The position numbers and the translations under genes are program-made. From contig JAXHMG010000003.1 of assembly GCA_034521595.1 (NCBI GenBank), positions 1,600,001 through 1,664,000 of the forward strand: 64,000 nucleotides of DNA, read 5' to 3'. Source of the stretch: Gemmatimonadota bacterium (GTDB lineage: Bacteria; Gemmatimonadota; Gemmatimonadetes; Longimicrobiales; Gaopeijiaceae). Shown here piece by piece: positions 38,825 to 47,787 of this stretch (its first letter is position 1; each line of letters begins with the position of its first letter). The notes below the pieces were generated by a model. That model ran no database searches, was not told where the DNA came from, and worked only from the letters and a program-made list of their open reading frames with translations.

Positions 38825-40681
38825 CTAACCCACGGTGAGGATCGGTGTCGTGCTATCGATCTCGTCACCGGCGGTGGCGTGCACGGCCGTCACCGTTCCC
38901 GCCCGCGGCGACCGGATCTCGTGGGTGGCCTTCATCGCCTCGACCATCGCGATCACGTCACCTTCGCGGACGGCGTCGCCCGGGGCGACCTTGATGTCCA
39001 CGACCTCGACGGCGCCGGCGAATGTCGAGTAGACCGCGGTGCCGCCCACGGAGCCTTCCGGTTCATTGACCGTCGCACCGGCCTCACCCATTCCCCCACC
39101 AACCTCCGCGACGGGCTCCAGAGTCACGGTGAACGTCCGGGTCGTGCCTCCCTCCTCAACGGTACACCGTGTCGTGAAGGGCCCGGTGGTCGCGGGAGCC
39201 GCGTCCGTGGCCACCCCGCGGACCGGCTCGCCCTCCACTTCCTCGTCCCCGTCTTTCTTCAACGGGATGTCGATCTTCGAGGTTCCCGTGAGGAGCCGGA
39301 TTCCCTCGTTTCCGTCCATGCGCTTGCCCGACACCATGGCTGCCAGAACGAGAAAGATGTTCTCGTCCGTGGTCGGAAGCTCACGCGCTTCGAGCGCTTG
39401 GCGCGCCTCGGGGATATTGTTCGGAGCGGCGTCGAGCGGATCGCCCTCGAACGGCTCGAGTCCGAGTTGCTCGGATGCGCGCTCGACCACGTCCGAGTCC
39501 GGAGGTAGCGGCGTGCGTCCGAAATACCCGAGCACGGCCTTCCCGTATCCGGCGTCGATCCGCTCCCAGCGGCCGTAGAGCACGTTGTTGAACGCCTGGA
39601 GCCAATACTGCTGGCTTCCGGGGGTCACGCTGGTCCATGCGCCGCCGGCCTTCACCACGACCGGAAACTCGGCCAGGACCTCGCCGTATCGCTCGAGGAT
39701 GCCGGCCTTCGCCATCATGTGCACGTTCGGTCCGATGGCACCGCCGGGCATGGGAAAGCCGAGCACCCGCGCATCCGGGGTGGTCGTGGTCGGGTTGAAC
39801 TGATAGTCGGACAGCCCCTCCTCGAGCATCGCCTCGACCTCCGGCAGACCGGACACGTCGAGATCGAGCGTGTACCCTGTCCCCTTCAAGGCGTGGGCGA
39901 GGGCGCGCCCATCCGGCTGCGCCGTGCCCCCGGCAAGCGGGCGTACAGCGAGGTCCACGCCGTCCACACCACCGTGTATCGCAGCCATGTAGCAGGCCAC
40001 CCCCGTGGACGCGGTGTCGTGCGTATGCATCCACAGCGGCATCTCCGGTGGCATGATCTTCTTCAGCCCCTGAGCGGTACGGTAGACCGTCACGGGATCG
40101 GTGGTGCCGCTCGCATCCTTGAGGCAGATGCTGTCGACCCGCATCCCGCTCTCCAGGATCTGCCGCCCGATGTCGATGTAGAACTCGGACGTATGCACCC
40201 GATCGGAATCGAACGGGAGCCCCATGAGCGCGATCACCACCTGGTGATGCATCCCGGCGTCGACGATGGGCTGGCCCGTCCGGACGAGGTTCCGGACATC
40301 GTTCATGTAGTCGAAGTTCCGATCCCACGTCGTGCCGGCCGCAGCCATGAGACGCCCCTGGAGCTCGAGCGCTTCGGGAGATTGCGTCGTTAACGTCACC
40401 CCCGAAACCGAACGGGTGAGGATCTGGAGATCGACCTCCGACCCGACCGCCTCGCGCATCCTGCGCATGTTCTCGAAGGGGTTGCGCCCGAGATAGAAGA
40501 GCGGCGCCTGGAAGAGGGCCCCACCTCCGAACTCGAAGTGGCGAATCCCGAGCTCCGCAGACTTCTCCATGGCCGGAAGGACGTCCTCGAGACGCACTTT
40601 TCCGCCGAACGTGCTCTGCAGACCGTCTCGAAACGGGGTGAACATCACCCGGATGCGTCTCGGAGTATCGGTGAAGATCAT
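38825..40681 (-). CDS. oadA: Carboxyltransferase + biotin carrier (OadA/PycB-like alpha subunit)
   Basis: FRDGLQS, CLKDASG, HTHDT, MPGGA, VTPGSQ, C-terminal EAMK biotinylation site. Confidence 0.82.
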   Translation of the reverse strand: MIFTDTPRRIRVMFTPFRDGLQSTFGGKVRLEDVLPAMEKSAELGIRHFEFGGGALFQAPLFYLGRNPFENMRRMREAVGSEVDLQILTRSVSGVTLTTQSPEALELQGRLMAAAGTTWDRNFDYMNDVRNLVRTGQPIVDAGMHHQVVIALMGLPFDSDRVHTSEFYIDIGRQILESGMRVDSICLKDASGTTDPVTVYRTAQGLKKIMPPEMPLWMHTHDTASTGVACYMAAIHGGVDGVDLAVRPLAGGTAQPDGRALAHALKGTGYTLDLDVSGLPEVEAMLEEGLSDYQFNPTTTTPDARVLGFPMPGGAIGPNVHMMAKAGILERYGEVLAEFPVVVKAGGAWTSVTPGSQQYWLQAFNNVLYGRWERIDAGYGKAVLGYFGRTPLPPDSDVVERASEQLGLEPFEGDPLDAAPNNIPEARQALEARELPTTDENIFLVLAAMVSGKRMDGNEGIRLLTGTSKIDIPLKKDGDEEVEGEPVRGVATDAAPATTGPFTTRCTVEEGGTTRTFTVTLEPVAEVGGGMGEAGATVNEPEGSVGGTAVYSTFAGAVEVVDIKVAPGDAVREGDVIAMVEAMKATHEIRSPRAGTVTAVHATAGDEIDSTTPILTVG

Positions 40682-40887
40682 CGCGATTCCCGAATGCTGG
40701 TAACGCGTGTGCCCGGATGCGCACGGGCCGCGACCGCAGTGATCGCCGCGACCAGGGCGGAATCCCGCTCCTCCACGTAGGGGAACACGGCCGTCAGGAG
40801 CCGGATTAGGCCGGCGAGAACGGAAAGTAGCGTCAGCACGGCGGCGAAGGCCGCGACACATACGATCAGCAGGCTCGGTTCGGTCAC
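40678..40887 (-). CDS. OadG-like small membrane subunit
   Basis: Single TM, 'LVAAITAV' motif, overlaps the alpha subunit start. Confidence 0.7.
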   Translation of the reverse strand: MTEPSLLIVCVAAFAAVLTLLSVLAGLIRLLTAVFPYVEERDSALVAAITAVAARAHPGTRVTSIRESR

Positions 40888-40985
40888 GTGGCGTATATAG
40901 TAGGAGGACCGCCGGACGGGCAAGCCGTCAATATGGTCCGTCGGTCCGTGCGGGCCAAATCCCTCGCCTTTAATCCGAGTGATCC

Positions 40986-42230
40986 ATGCAAGAACGACGA
41001 GTAAGCTTCAACGGAGCCCACGGAGACATTCTGAGCGCCCGGCTCTCGAATCCGCCGGACGGCCGGATCCGTGCCTGCGCGCTCTTCGCGCACTGCTTCA
41101 CGTGCTCGAAGGACCTCAAGCCCGTCAAGCACATCACCCGAGCCCTCACCCAAGCGGGCATCGCGGTGCTTCGGTTCGACTTCACCGGGCTCGGGGAGAG
41201 TGAGGGCGACTTCCGGGACACCACCTTCTCGTCCAACATCGAGGACCTCTTGGCCGCGGCCGAATACATGGAGCAGGAGCTCGATGGCCCGGCTATTCTG
41301 CTGGGCCATTCCCTGGGTGGCGCCGCGATGCTCCATGCCGCCGGCCGTATCGAATCCTCACGCGCGGTCGCCACGATCGGCGCACCCTTCGACCCGGCAC
41401 ACGTCACCCACACCTTCGGGGACAAGCTCTCGGAGATCGAGGAGGAAGGCGATGCCGAGGTCAGGATCGCCGGTCGCTCGTTCACGGTGGAGCGAAAGTT
41501 CCTTCGAGACATCGAGGGTCATCGCACCGAGCAGGCGTTGGCGACGCTGAACAAGCCCGTCCTCTTCTTCCATTCTCCCGTGGACGAGGTGGTCGGGATC
41601 GAAAACGCCGCGAAACTCTATACCGCCGCCCGGCACCCGAAGAGCTTCGTCTCACTCGACGATGCGGGCCACTTGCTTCTGGACGAGCACGACGCGCGGT
41701 ACGTGGGCGACGTGCTGGCCGCGTGGGCGAGCCGATATGTCGAGGCGCGGGAGACAGACCGGCCCTCCGAGGACACACGGGCCGCCTCCGCACCCTCGGA
41801 CGACCGCGTCTCGGCACGCACCGGCGACGAAGGGTACGTTACCGAGATCCTCGCGAGTGGACACGCGCTATTGGCCGACGAGCCGGCAGCTGCGGGCGGA
41901 ACGGACCTCGGGCCGAACCCTTACGACCTCCTCTCCGCAGCCCTCGGCGCCTGCACGACGATGACGCTCCGGATGTACGCGCAGCGCAAGGGATGGCCGC
42001 TCGAGGAGGCGTCCGTACGCCTGCGCCATCGTAAGATCCACCAGCAGGACGAAGAAGCGTGCGCGGATCGCGAAGCGCGCATGGACAGGATCGAGCGCGA
42101 GGTGAGACTGGTCGGCCCGCTCGACGAAGAGCAGCGGGCGCGCCTCATGGAGATCGCGGATCGGTGTCCGGTCCACCGCACCCTCGGCGCCGGCGTGGTG
42201 ATCGAGACCCGGGAAAGCGGGGATTCGTAA
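40986..42230 (+). CDS. Alpha/beta hydrolase-OsmC fusion protein
   Basis: FAHCFTCSKD, GHSLGG, ADEP...GPNPYDLL..ALGACT, IADRCPVHRTL. Confidence 0.92.
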   Translation: MQERRVSFNGAHGDILSARLSNPPDGRIRACALFAHCFTCSKDLKPVKHITRALTQAGIAVLRFDFTGLGESEGDFRDTTFSSNIEDLLAAAEYMEQELDGPAILLGHSLGGAAMLHAAGRIESSRAVATIGAPFDPAHVTHTFGDKLSEIEEEGDAEVRIAGRSFTVERKFLRDIEGHRTEQALATLNKPVLFFHSPVDEVVGIENAAKLYTAARHPKSFVSLDDAGHLLLDEHDARYVGDVLAAWASRYVEARETDRPSEDTRAASAPSDDRVSARTGDEGYVTEILASGHALLADEPAAAGGTDLGPNPYDLLSAALGACTTMTLRMYAQRKGWPLEEASVRLRHRKIHQQDEEACADREARMDRIEREVRLVGPLDEEQRARLMEIADRCPVHRTLGAGVVIETRESGDS

Positions 42231-42243
42231 CGGCCAGAAGGAG

Positions 42244-42912
42244 CTAGTCGGCGGACTCGGCCTCCAGTCCTTCCTCCACCACGAACCGGGTCAGCCCCGC
42301 AACCGTCCGGATGCGCAGCTTCGTCATGACGCGCTCGCGGTGTGTCTCGACCGTACGGGGCGAAATGTCGAGCTTTTCCGCGATCTCCCGGTTCGTGAGC
42401 CCGTCGGCGACCATGACGAGCACCTCCGTCTCCCGGGCGGTCAGGCTTTCGAGGCGACTCTTACGCTGCTCATGCTCCAGCTCCGCGCGCAGGCCCACGC
42501 TGAGCTGGTGCGTCACGCGCTCGGCGAAGTACTCGCGGCCCTCGTGCACGGTCTGGATCGCTTTCCGAAGCTCCGTCGGCGCGACGTCCTTGAGCACGTA
42601 CCCGTCGGCACCGGCGCGCACGGCTTGAAGCACGTATTCGGGATCGTCGTGCATGGACAGAATAAGTACGGCCGACTCGATCTCTTCCTCCCGAAGCGTG
42701 CGCGTGACCTCGAGTCCCGTCTTCCCGGGCATCGTCACATCGAGCAGGATGACGTCCGGTCTGAGCTCGCGGGCAAGCTCGAGGGCCTCGTCACCGTCCT
42801 CGGCTTCCGCCACGACCTCGAGCCCGTCCACTTCTTCGAGCAGGATGCGGATCCCTTGTCGAACGACGGTGTGATCGTCGGCAACCATCACGCGAATCTG
42901 ATCGTCACTCAC
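42244..42912 (-). CDS. NarL/LuxR family response regulator
   Basis: ADDH, LLDVTMP, LTARE...GLTNREIA...TVETHR. Confidence 0.93.
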   Translation of the reverse strand: MSDDQIRVMVADDHTVVRQGIRILLEEVDGLEVVAEAEDGDEALELARELRPDVILLDVTMPGKTGLEVTRTLREEEIESAVLILSMHDDPEYVLQAVRAGADGYVLKDVAPTELRKAIQTVHEGREYFAERVTHQLSVGLRAELEHEQRKSRLESLTARETEVLVMVADGLTNREIAEKLDISPRTVETHRERVMTKLRIRTVAGLTRFVVEEGLEAESAD

Positions 42913-44722
42913 CCTGTGGCACTCCAGTGTCCGTGGGGACGGACACACGCACCCGCGCGCCACCGCCCTCGGTGTTCTCCATCTCGAACTCACCCCCGAG
43001 CGAGGTGATCCGTTCCCTGATTCCCGCGAGTCCCCCACGACTCCGCAACCGCCGCGCCGCGTCGTCGCTGAAGCCGGTCCCGTCGTCTTCGACGGTCAAC
43101 GAAACCGTCCCGTCCCGGACAGCGAGCGCCACGTCCACTCGCGAAGCACCGGCGTGCCGAGTCGCGTTGGCCAGACCCTCCTGCAACGTGCGGTACAACG
43201 CGACCTCCGCGTCGGCCGGAAGCGTCGGCAGCGGGGCGGCGGGCCCACGGAACTCGATCTCGAACGAGCCCTGCTCTTCGAAGTCCCGCACCAACGCCCG
43301 CAGGGACGGAACGAGTCCCAGATCGTCGAGGGCCTTGGGCCGCAGGTTGCGGGTCACGCTGCGGATGCTGCGGATGCCGTCCCCGACCAGAGTCTTCGCC
43401 CGCTCGAGCGCCGACGCCAGGTCCGGGCCTCCGCGTTCCTCGAGCATCCCGAGTTGCATGTTTAGGGCGGCCAGGACCTGAGCCGTCTCGTCGTGGAGCT
43501 CACGCCAGATCCGGTTCCGCTCCTCTTCGTGCTGGCGCACCATCCGTGACTGCAGCCGTTCCAGCTCTTCGGTACGCGCCTCGAGGTTCCTGTGGAGCCG
43601 CTCGTTCGCCAGCGACGCCCCGACCTGCTGTCCGAAGCCGAGCAGGAAGCGGTTGTCCAGCACGGTGAACGGATCGCGCGCCTCGCCGACGACGACGAGG
43701 GCACCGACGACGCGCTCGTCCCGCAGGATCGGGAGCGCCGCGGTATAGGCGTGGGTCCACGAAGCATCCGCGCCCCCCGCCCCCGGATCGTTGACCGCGA
43801 CCGGGGCCCCGGTGCTGCACACCCGCTCGGCGCTTTCGAGGGCGGTCGGCGGGGGCTTTTCGAAAGGCCAGAGCGCCGCCACGCCGGCACCGTGCACGAA
43901 GCGCCCTCCCTTCACGACCGCCGACTCCGGCACGTCGTGATCCGTGGCATCGGTGCTCAGGTAGAGCGCCGAGCCGTGGACCCCACGCAACGCCAACGCC
44001 CTGCGAAGCACCGCTTCGGTGGTGGACTCGTCGTTTCGCGGGGCTCCCTGGAGCTCCGCGGAGAGCGCGGTGAGCGTGCGCAGTCCCTGATCCAAGTCTT
44101 CCAGCACCAGGAACAGGATGCCGAGCCCCACCCCCACCTCGAAGACGATGTCGAGGTAGTACCCCCAAGGATTCCATACCCCCTGGGCACGCAGGAACGG
44201 ATAATCCAGATGATGCAACGCCCAGAGCACGAGCACGACGACGAGCAGCCTCGCGGCGGGCGATCGTACGAGCCGGTCGTAGCGGTAGAACGCCCAGGCC
44301 GTCCACCCCGTCGTCACGCTCAGGAACGCCACCATCGGGAGCGCCGCCCAGAGAAAGCTGTCGAGGACGTAGATCGCCACGTATGACCAGGCCACGGGCA
44401 ACACGACCCACGCCAGGTATCGGGGCTTCCACTCGAGGTTCTGGGAGAACACGAGCGCGGCCCAGAGGAGTGCGAGCGCGGTCCAGCCGGTGGTCACCTG
44501 ATGCCAGAACAGCCACCACGCGACGCCCGTATGCAGGAAGGTGACGATCGCGAGCAACCGGAGCGTATAAACGATCCAGGCGAGCGCCCAGATCCCGAAA
44601 TACCGCTTGCGGTACCGCTTGTGAAGCGCCCAACACAGGCCGACAAGGCCGAGCGTGATGGCGATCTGCAGATAGGCCGCAGCGAGCTCGGTCGTCGCGG
44701 CCGGCGGAACGGATAGGTCCAT
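42905..44722 (-). CDS. Multi-TM sensor histidine kinase (GAF-like + HisKA_3)
   Basis: About 7 TM helices, EERNRIWRELHD, LRPKALDDLGL, QEGLANATRHA, DDGTGF. Confidence 0.9.
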   Translation of the reverse strand: MDLSVPPAATTELAAAYLQIAITLGLVGLCWALHKRYRKRYFGIWALAWIVYTLRLLAIVTFLHTGVAWWLFWHQVTTGWTALALLWAALVFSQNLEWKPRYLAWVVLPVAWSYVAIYVLDSFLWAALPMVAFLSVTTGWTAWAFYRYDRLVRSPAARLLVVVLVLWALHHLDYPFLRAQGVWNPWGYYLDIVFEVGVGLGILFLVLEDLDQGLRTLTALSAELQGAPRNDESTTEAVLRRALALRGVHGSALYLSTDATDHDVPESAVVKGGRFVHGAGVAALWPFEKPPPTALESAERVCSTGAPVAVNDPGAGGADASWTHAYTAALPILRDERVVGALVVVGEARDPFTVLDNRFLLGFGQQVGASLANERLHRNLEARTEELERLQSRMVRQHEEERNRIWRELHDETAQVLAALNMQLGMLEERGGPDLASALERAKTLVGDGIRSIRSVTRNLRPKALDDLGLVPSLRALVRDFEEQGSFEIEFRGPAAPLPTLPADAEVALYRTLQEGLANATRHAGASRVDVALAVRDGTVSLTVEDDGTGFSDDAARRLRSRGGLAGIRERITSLGGEFEMENTEGGGARVRVSVPTDTGVPQGE

Positions 44723-44900
44723 GGCTCGGAAGATCCCGCCAGGCGCGGGCCGGGGCAATGCACGGCGAGCGTCGACCCGTCCAGATTCGGGCCCCGACGC
44801 CGACGGAACCTGCGGGTGTCCTGCGAGGTTCAATCACCCTCACGACCCTCGGCTTCCCGGAAGGCGACATGACCGTGCACACCGAATCGCGAGACCCACG

Positions 44901-45542
44901 GTGAGGCGTTTCACGCGCTCCGCCCTCGTGGTGCTCCTCGCCATGGCGGGAGACGCTTCTTCCGCGATGGCACAGGACACCCCGCTTTTCTCGTTGGGTG
45001 GAGGGCTCGCGACTCCGTCCGGAGTCACGGGCAATGCCCACACGCTCGGATTCCAAGCCGGAGCAACCGGGGTGTTCCCCATCACCGGCCGGCTCGGAAT
45101 CGCGACAAGCGCGTCTTACATCCGGCTCGGAGCCGATCAAAACGCCGTGCTCGCCGAGACGGATATCGATCCCGAGTCCTTCGAGCTCGGCGGGGGGTTC
45201 ATCGACGGGGGATACCGCTGGATCGGCGGGGTAACGGTGGGGTTGCGCCTCCTCCTACGGCCGCGCGACCGGCAGATCGTGCCGAATCTGGCGGCGGGCG
45301 TGGGATGGGCGTTCACCGGTGTGGCGGACCGGCGCATCTGGTACCTCGGCGAGATCGAGCCGATCGAGGGATTCAACGAGAACGCTCCGCTCATGCGCCT
45401 GGGTGGGGGTGTGGAGGCGCATGTGCGCGACGGAGTGGGCTTGTTCGGCGCAGTCCGGTACGTGGTCGCATTCACGAATCCCGATCGGACGACCGCCCTG
45501 CCGTTCACATTCGGGGTTTCCCTCCGCCTCGAGGAACGCTGA
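44901..45542 (+). CDS. Outer-membrane beta-barrel protein
   Basis: Signal peptide (AMA-Q), alternating beta strands, C-terminal FGVSLRL; start uncertain. Confidence 0.6.
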   Translation: MRRFTRSALVVLLAMAGDASSAMAQDTPLFSLGGGLATPSGVTGNAHTLGFQAGATGVFPITGRLGIATSASYIRLGADQNAVLAETDIDPESFELGGGFIDGGYRWIGGVTVGLRLLLRPRDRQIVPNLAAGVGWAFTGVADRRIWYLGEIEPIEGFNENAPLMRLGGGVEAHVRDGVGLFGAVRYVVAFTNPDRTTALPFTFGVSLRLEER

Positions 45543-45566
45543 GCGCCCGGGCGACCCGGCCGCTCG

Positions 45567-46622
45567 TCAGGGCGCGTCAGGCATCAGGACGACCTTATTC
45601 CAGCCCGGAAGCCGGTCGGCGAAGCTGCGGTACGCGCCCACACCCTCGGACAGCGGGAGCCGGTGGGAGATGAGCGAGCCCACGAGCTCGGCCTCGCGCT
45701 GCGCCAGCTCGAGCGCCCGCGGCATGTACGACCGCGCCGAGCATCGACCACCCGCATACGCGAGATTCCGATCGTAGATTTCGCCGGGCGACAGGGCGAG
45801 GTGCGGCTCCACGTGGAAGCCAACGGCCCCGATGCTCCCCCCTGGCCGCAGCAGCTCCGCCGCGGTCCGCGTCGCGTCGGGTGTCCCGACGGCCTCGATG
45901 GCCCGGTCGCCCCCCCGACCTTCACTCTTGGCGCGCACGACCTCTCCGACGTCCTCCCGAGAGAAGTCGACGGCCGTGGCCCCGAAACGACGGGCGGCTT
46001 CGAGTCGCGTAGCCACCCGGTCGACCGCCACCACCTCGCGGGCTCCCGCTCCGAGCGCCGCGCGAATCGCCAACAGCCCGACCGGTCCACACCCGACCAC
46101 CACCACGAGCTCGCCCGCCCCGACGCCCGCGAGATCCGCTCCGTACAGCGCCGTCGATAAGATGTCCCCCGAGAGCAGCGCGACGGCTTCGTCCAGCCCC
46201 TCGGGAACGGGGACGAGTGACCCGTCCGCCAGAGGAACCCGAACGAGCTCGGCCTGACCGCCGTGGAGCCCCTTCCCGTCTTCGACCCAACCGAAGAACT
46301 GCCCGCGGGGACAACGTGCCGTGAGGCCGATCCCGCAGTAGAAGCACGCGCCGCACGACGTCGTGAACGGGCAGGCGACCACGTCCCCGACCCGCACGGC
46401 GGACACCGCGTCTCCCACTTCCACGACCTCCCCGACGAACTCGTGGCCCATGACCGTGCCCCGGTCCAGACCCCGCTCCCGGCCGAAGTACGGATGAAGA
46501 TCCGACCCGCAGATGCCCGCGACCCGAACTCGAACGAGAGCGTCCGAAGGCTCAACGATCTCGGGCTCCCGCACGTCCTCGTACGCGAGCGTTTCGAGGT
46601 CCTGAAACGTGATCGCCTTCAT
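45567..46622 (-). CDS. Zn-dependent alcohol dehydrogenase (MDR)
   Basis: GICGSDLH, GHEFVGEV, CGACFYC, GCGPVG. Confidence 0.92.
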   Translation of the reverse strand: MKAITFQDLETLAYEDVREPEIVEPSDALVRVRVAGICGSDLHPYFGRERGLDRGTVMGHEFVGEVVEVGDAVSAVRVGDVVACPFTTSCGACFYCGIGLTARCPRGQFFGWVEDGKGLHGGQAELVRVPLADGSLVPVPEGLDEAVALLSGDILSTALYGADLAGVGAGELVVVVGCGPVGLLAIRAALGAGAREVVAVDRVATRLEAARRFGATAVDFSREDVGEVVRAKSEGRGGDRAIEAVGTPDATRTAAELLRPGGSIGAVGFHVEPHLALSPGEIYDRNLAYAGGRCSARSYMPRALELAQREAELVGSLISHRLPLSEGVGAYRSFADRLPGWNKVVLMPDAP

Positions 46623-46642
46623 TGCTTCTCCCACCCCCGGGC

Positions 46643-46659
46643 TTGAAAACCATTCTCAA
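46643..46659. promoter_or_regulatory. Fur-like box upstream of the Fe3+ ABC transporter
   Basis: TTGAAAACCATTCTCAA, an imperfect 7-1-7 palindrome, AT-rich in a GC-rich context. Confidence 0.7.
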
Positions 46660-46758
46660 CCATGTCATCCTCCCTGGGTCGCGAACGTGCGCGCACCCGC
46701 GGCCCATATGCCAATCTGCTCCAAAGCTCCATTCCCCGACCCAGCGGAGACCCGATCG

Positions 46759-47787
46759 ATGAACACCGCTCGAACGATCCTGGCCATCGCCGGCCTCGCC
46801 GTGCTCGCGGCGTGTGCGGGCTCGGACGACGATGCCGTCGTCAATGTATACTCGCACCGTCACTACGAAGCGGACCAGCAGCTCTTCGACCGCTTCACGG
46901 AGCTGACGGGAATCGACGTGAACGTGGTGACCGCCTCGGCCGACGAGCTCATCACCCGACTCGAGAACGAGGGTGAAGCCTCGCCGGCGGACGTTCTCAT
47001 CACCGTGGACGCCGGAAGGCTTCACCGCGCCAAGGAACGCGAGCTCCTTCAATCCGTGACCTCGGAAACGCTCGAAAGCAACGTACCGGAACATCTCCGC
47101 GACCGCGACGGCCAATGGTGGGGTCTGACGCAGCGCGCACGGGTGATCGCCTACCATCGCGAGCGGGTGGATTCCGCCAACGAGCTCTCCACCTACGAGG
47201 CCCTCGCCGAGCCCGAGTGGGACGACCGCGTCCTCATCCGGTCGTCGGCAAACGTCTACAACCAGTCGCTCCTCGCCTCGATCATCGCGAACCACGGTGA
47301 GGACGAAGCCGCGGCCTGGGCCGAGGGCATCGTGGAGAACATGGCCCGCACACCGAGCGGCGGCGACACGGATCAGGTGATGGCCGTGGCCGCGGGCGCC
47401 GGCGACGTGGCCATCGTCAACACCTATTACATCGCGCGGCTCGTGGAATCGAGCAACGAGGAGGAACAACGCGTCGTCGAGCAAATCGGCGTGTTCTTCC
47501 CCAACCAGGGAGATCGCGGCACCCACGTGAACGTGAGCGGCGCCGGCGTGACCCGCTATGCGGACAACGTCGAAAACGCCGTCGCGCTTCTCGAGTTCCT
47601 CACCGGTGAAGAGGCGCAAGGCGTGTTCGCCGAGGCCAACCAGGAATACCCGGTCCACCCGGACGTGCCCTGGTCGGAAACGCTCCAGAGCTGGGGTGAG
47701 TTCCAGGCCGACACGCTCGACCTGACCGTGCTCGGTGAGCTGAACGACAGCGCGGTCCGGATCTTCGACCGCGCCGGATGGAGATAA
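46759..47787 (+). CDS. Fe3+ ABC transporter substrate-binding lipoprotein (FutA/FbpA-like)
   Basis: Lipobox LAAC, VYSHRHY, SPADVLITVDAG, YNQSL, NTYY, EYP. Confidence 0.92.
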   Translation: MNTARTILAIAGLAVLAACAGSDDDAVVNVYSHRHYEADQQLFDRFTELTGIDVNVVTASADELITRLENEGEASPADVLITVDAGRLHRAKERELLQSVTSETLESNVPEHLRDRDGQWWGLTQRARVIAYHRERVDSANELSTYEALAEPEWDDRVLIRSSANVYNQSLLASIIANHGEDEAAAWAEGIVENMARTPSGGDTDQVMAVAAGAGDVAIVNTYYIARLVESSNEEEQRVVEQIGVFFPNQGDRGTHVNVSGAGVTRYADNVENAVALLEFLTGEEAQGVFAEANQEYPVHPDVPWSETLQSWGEFQADTLDLTVLGELNDSAVRIFDRAGWR

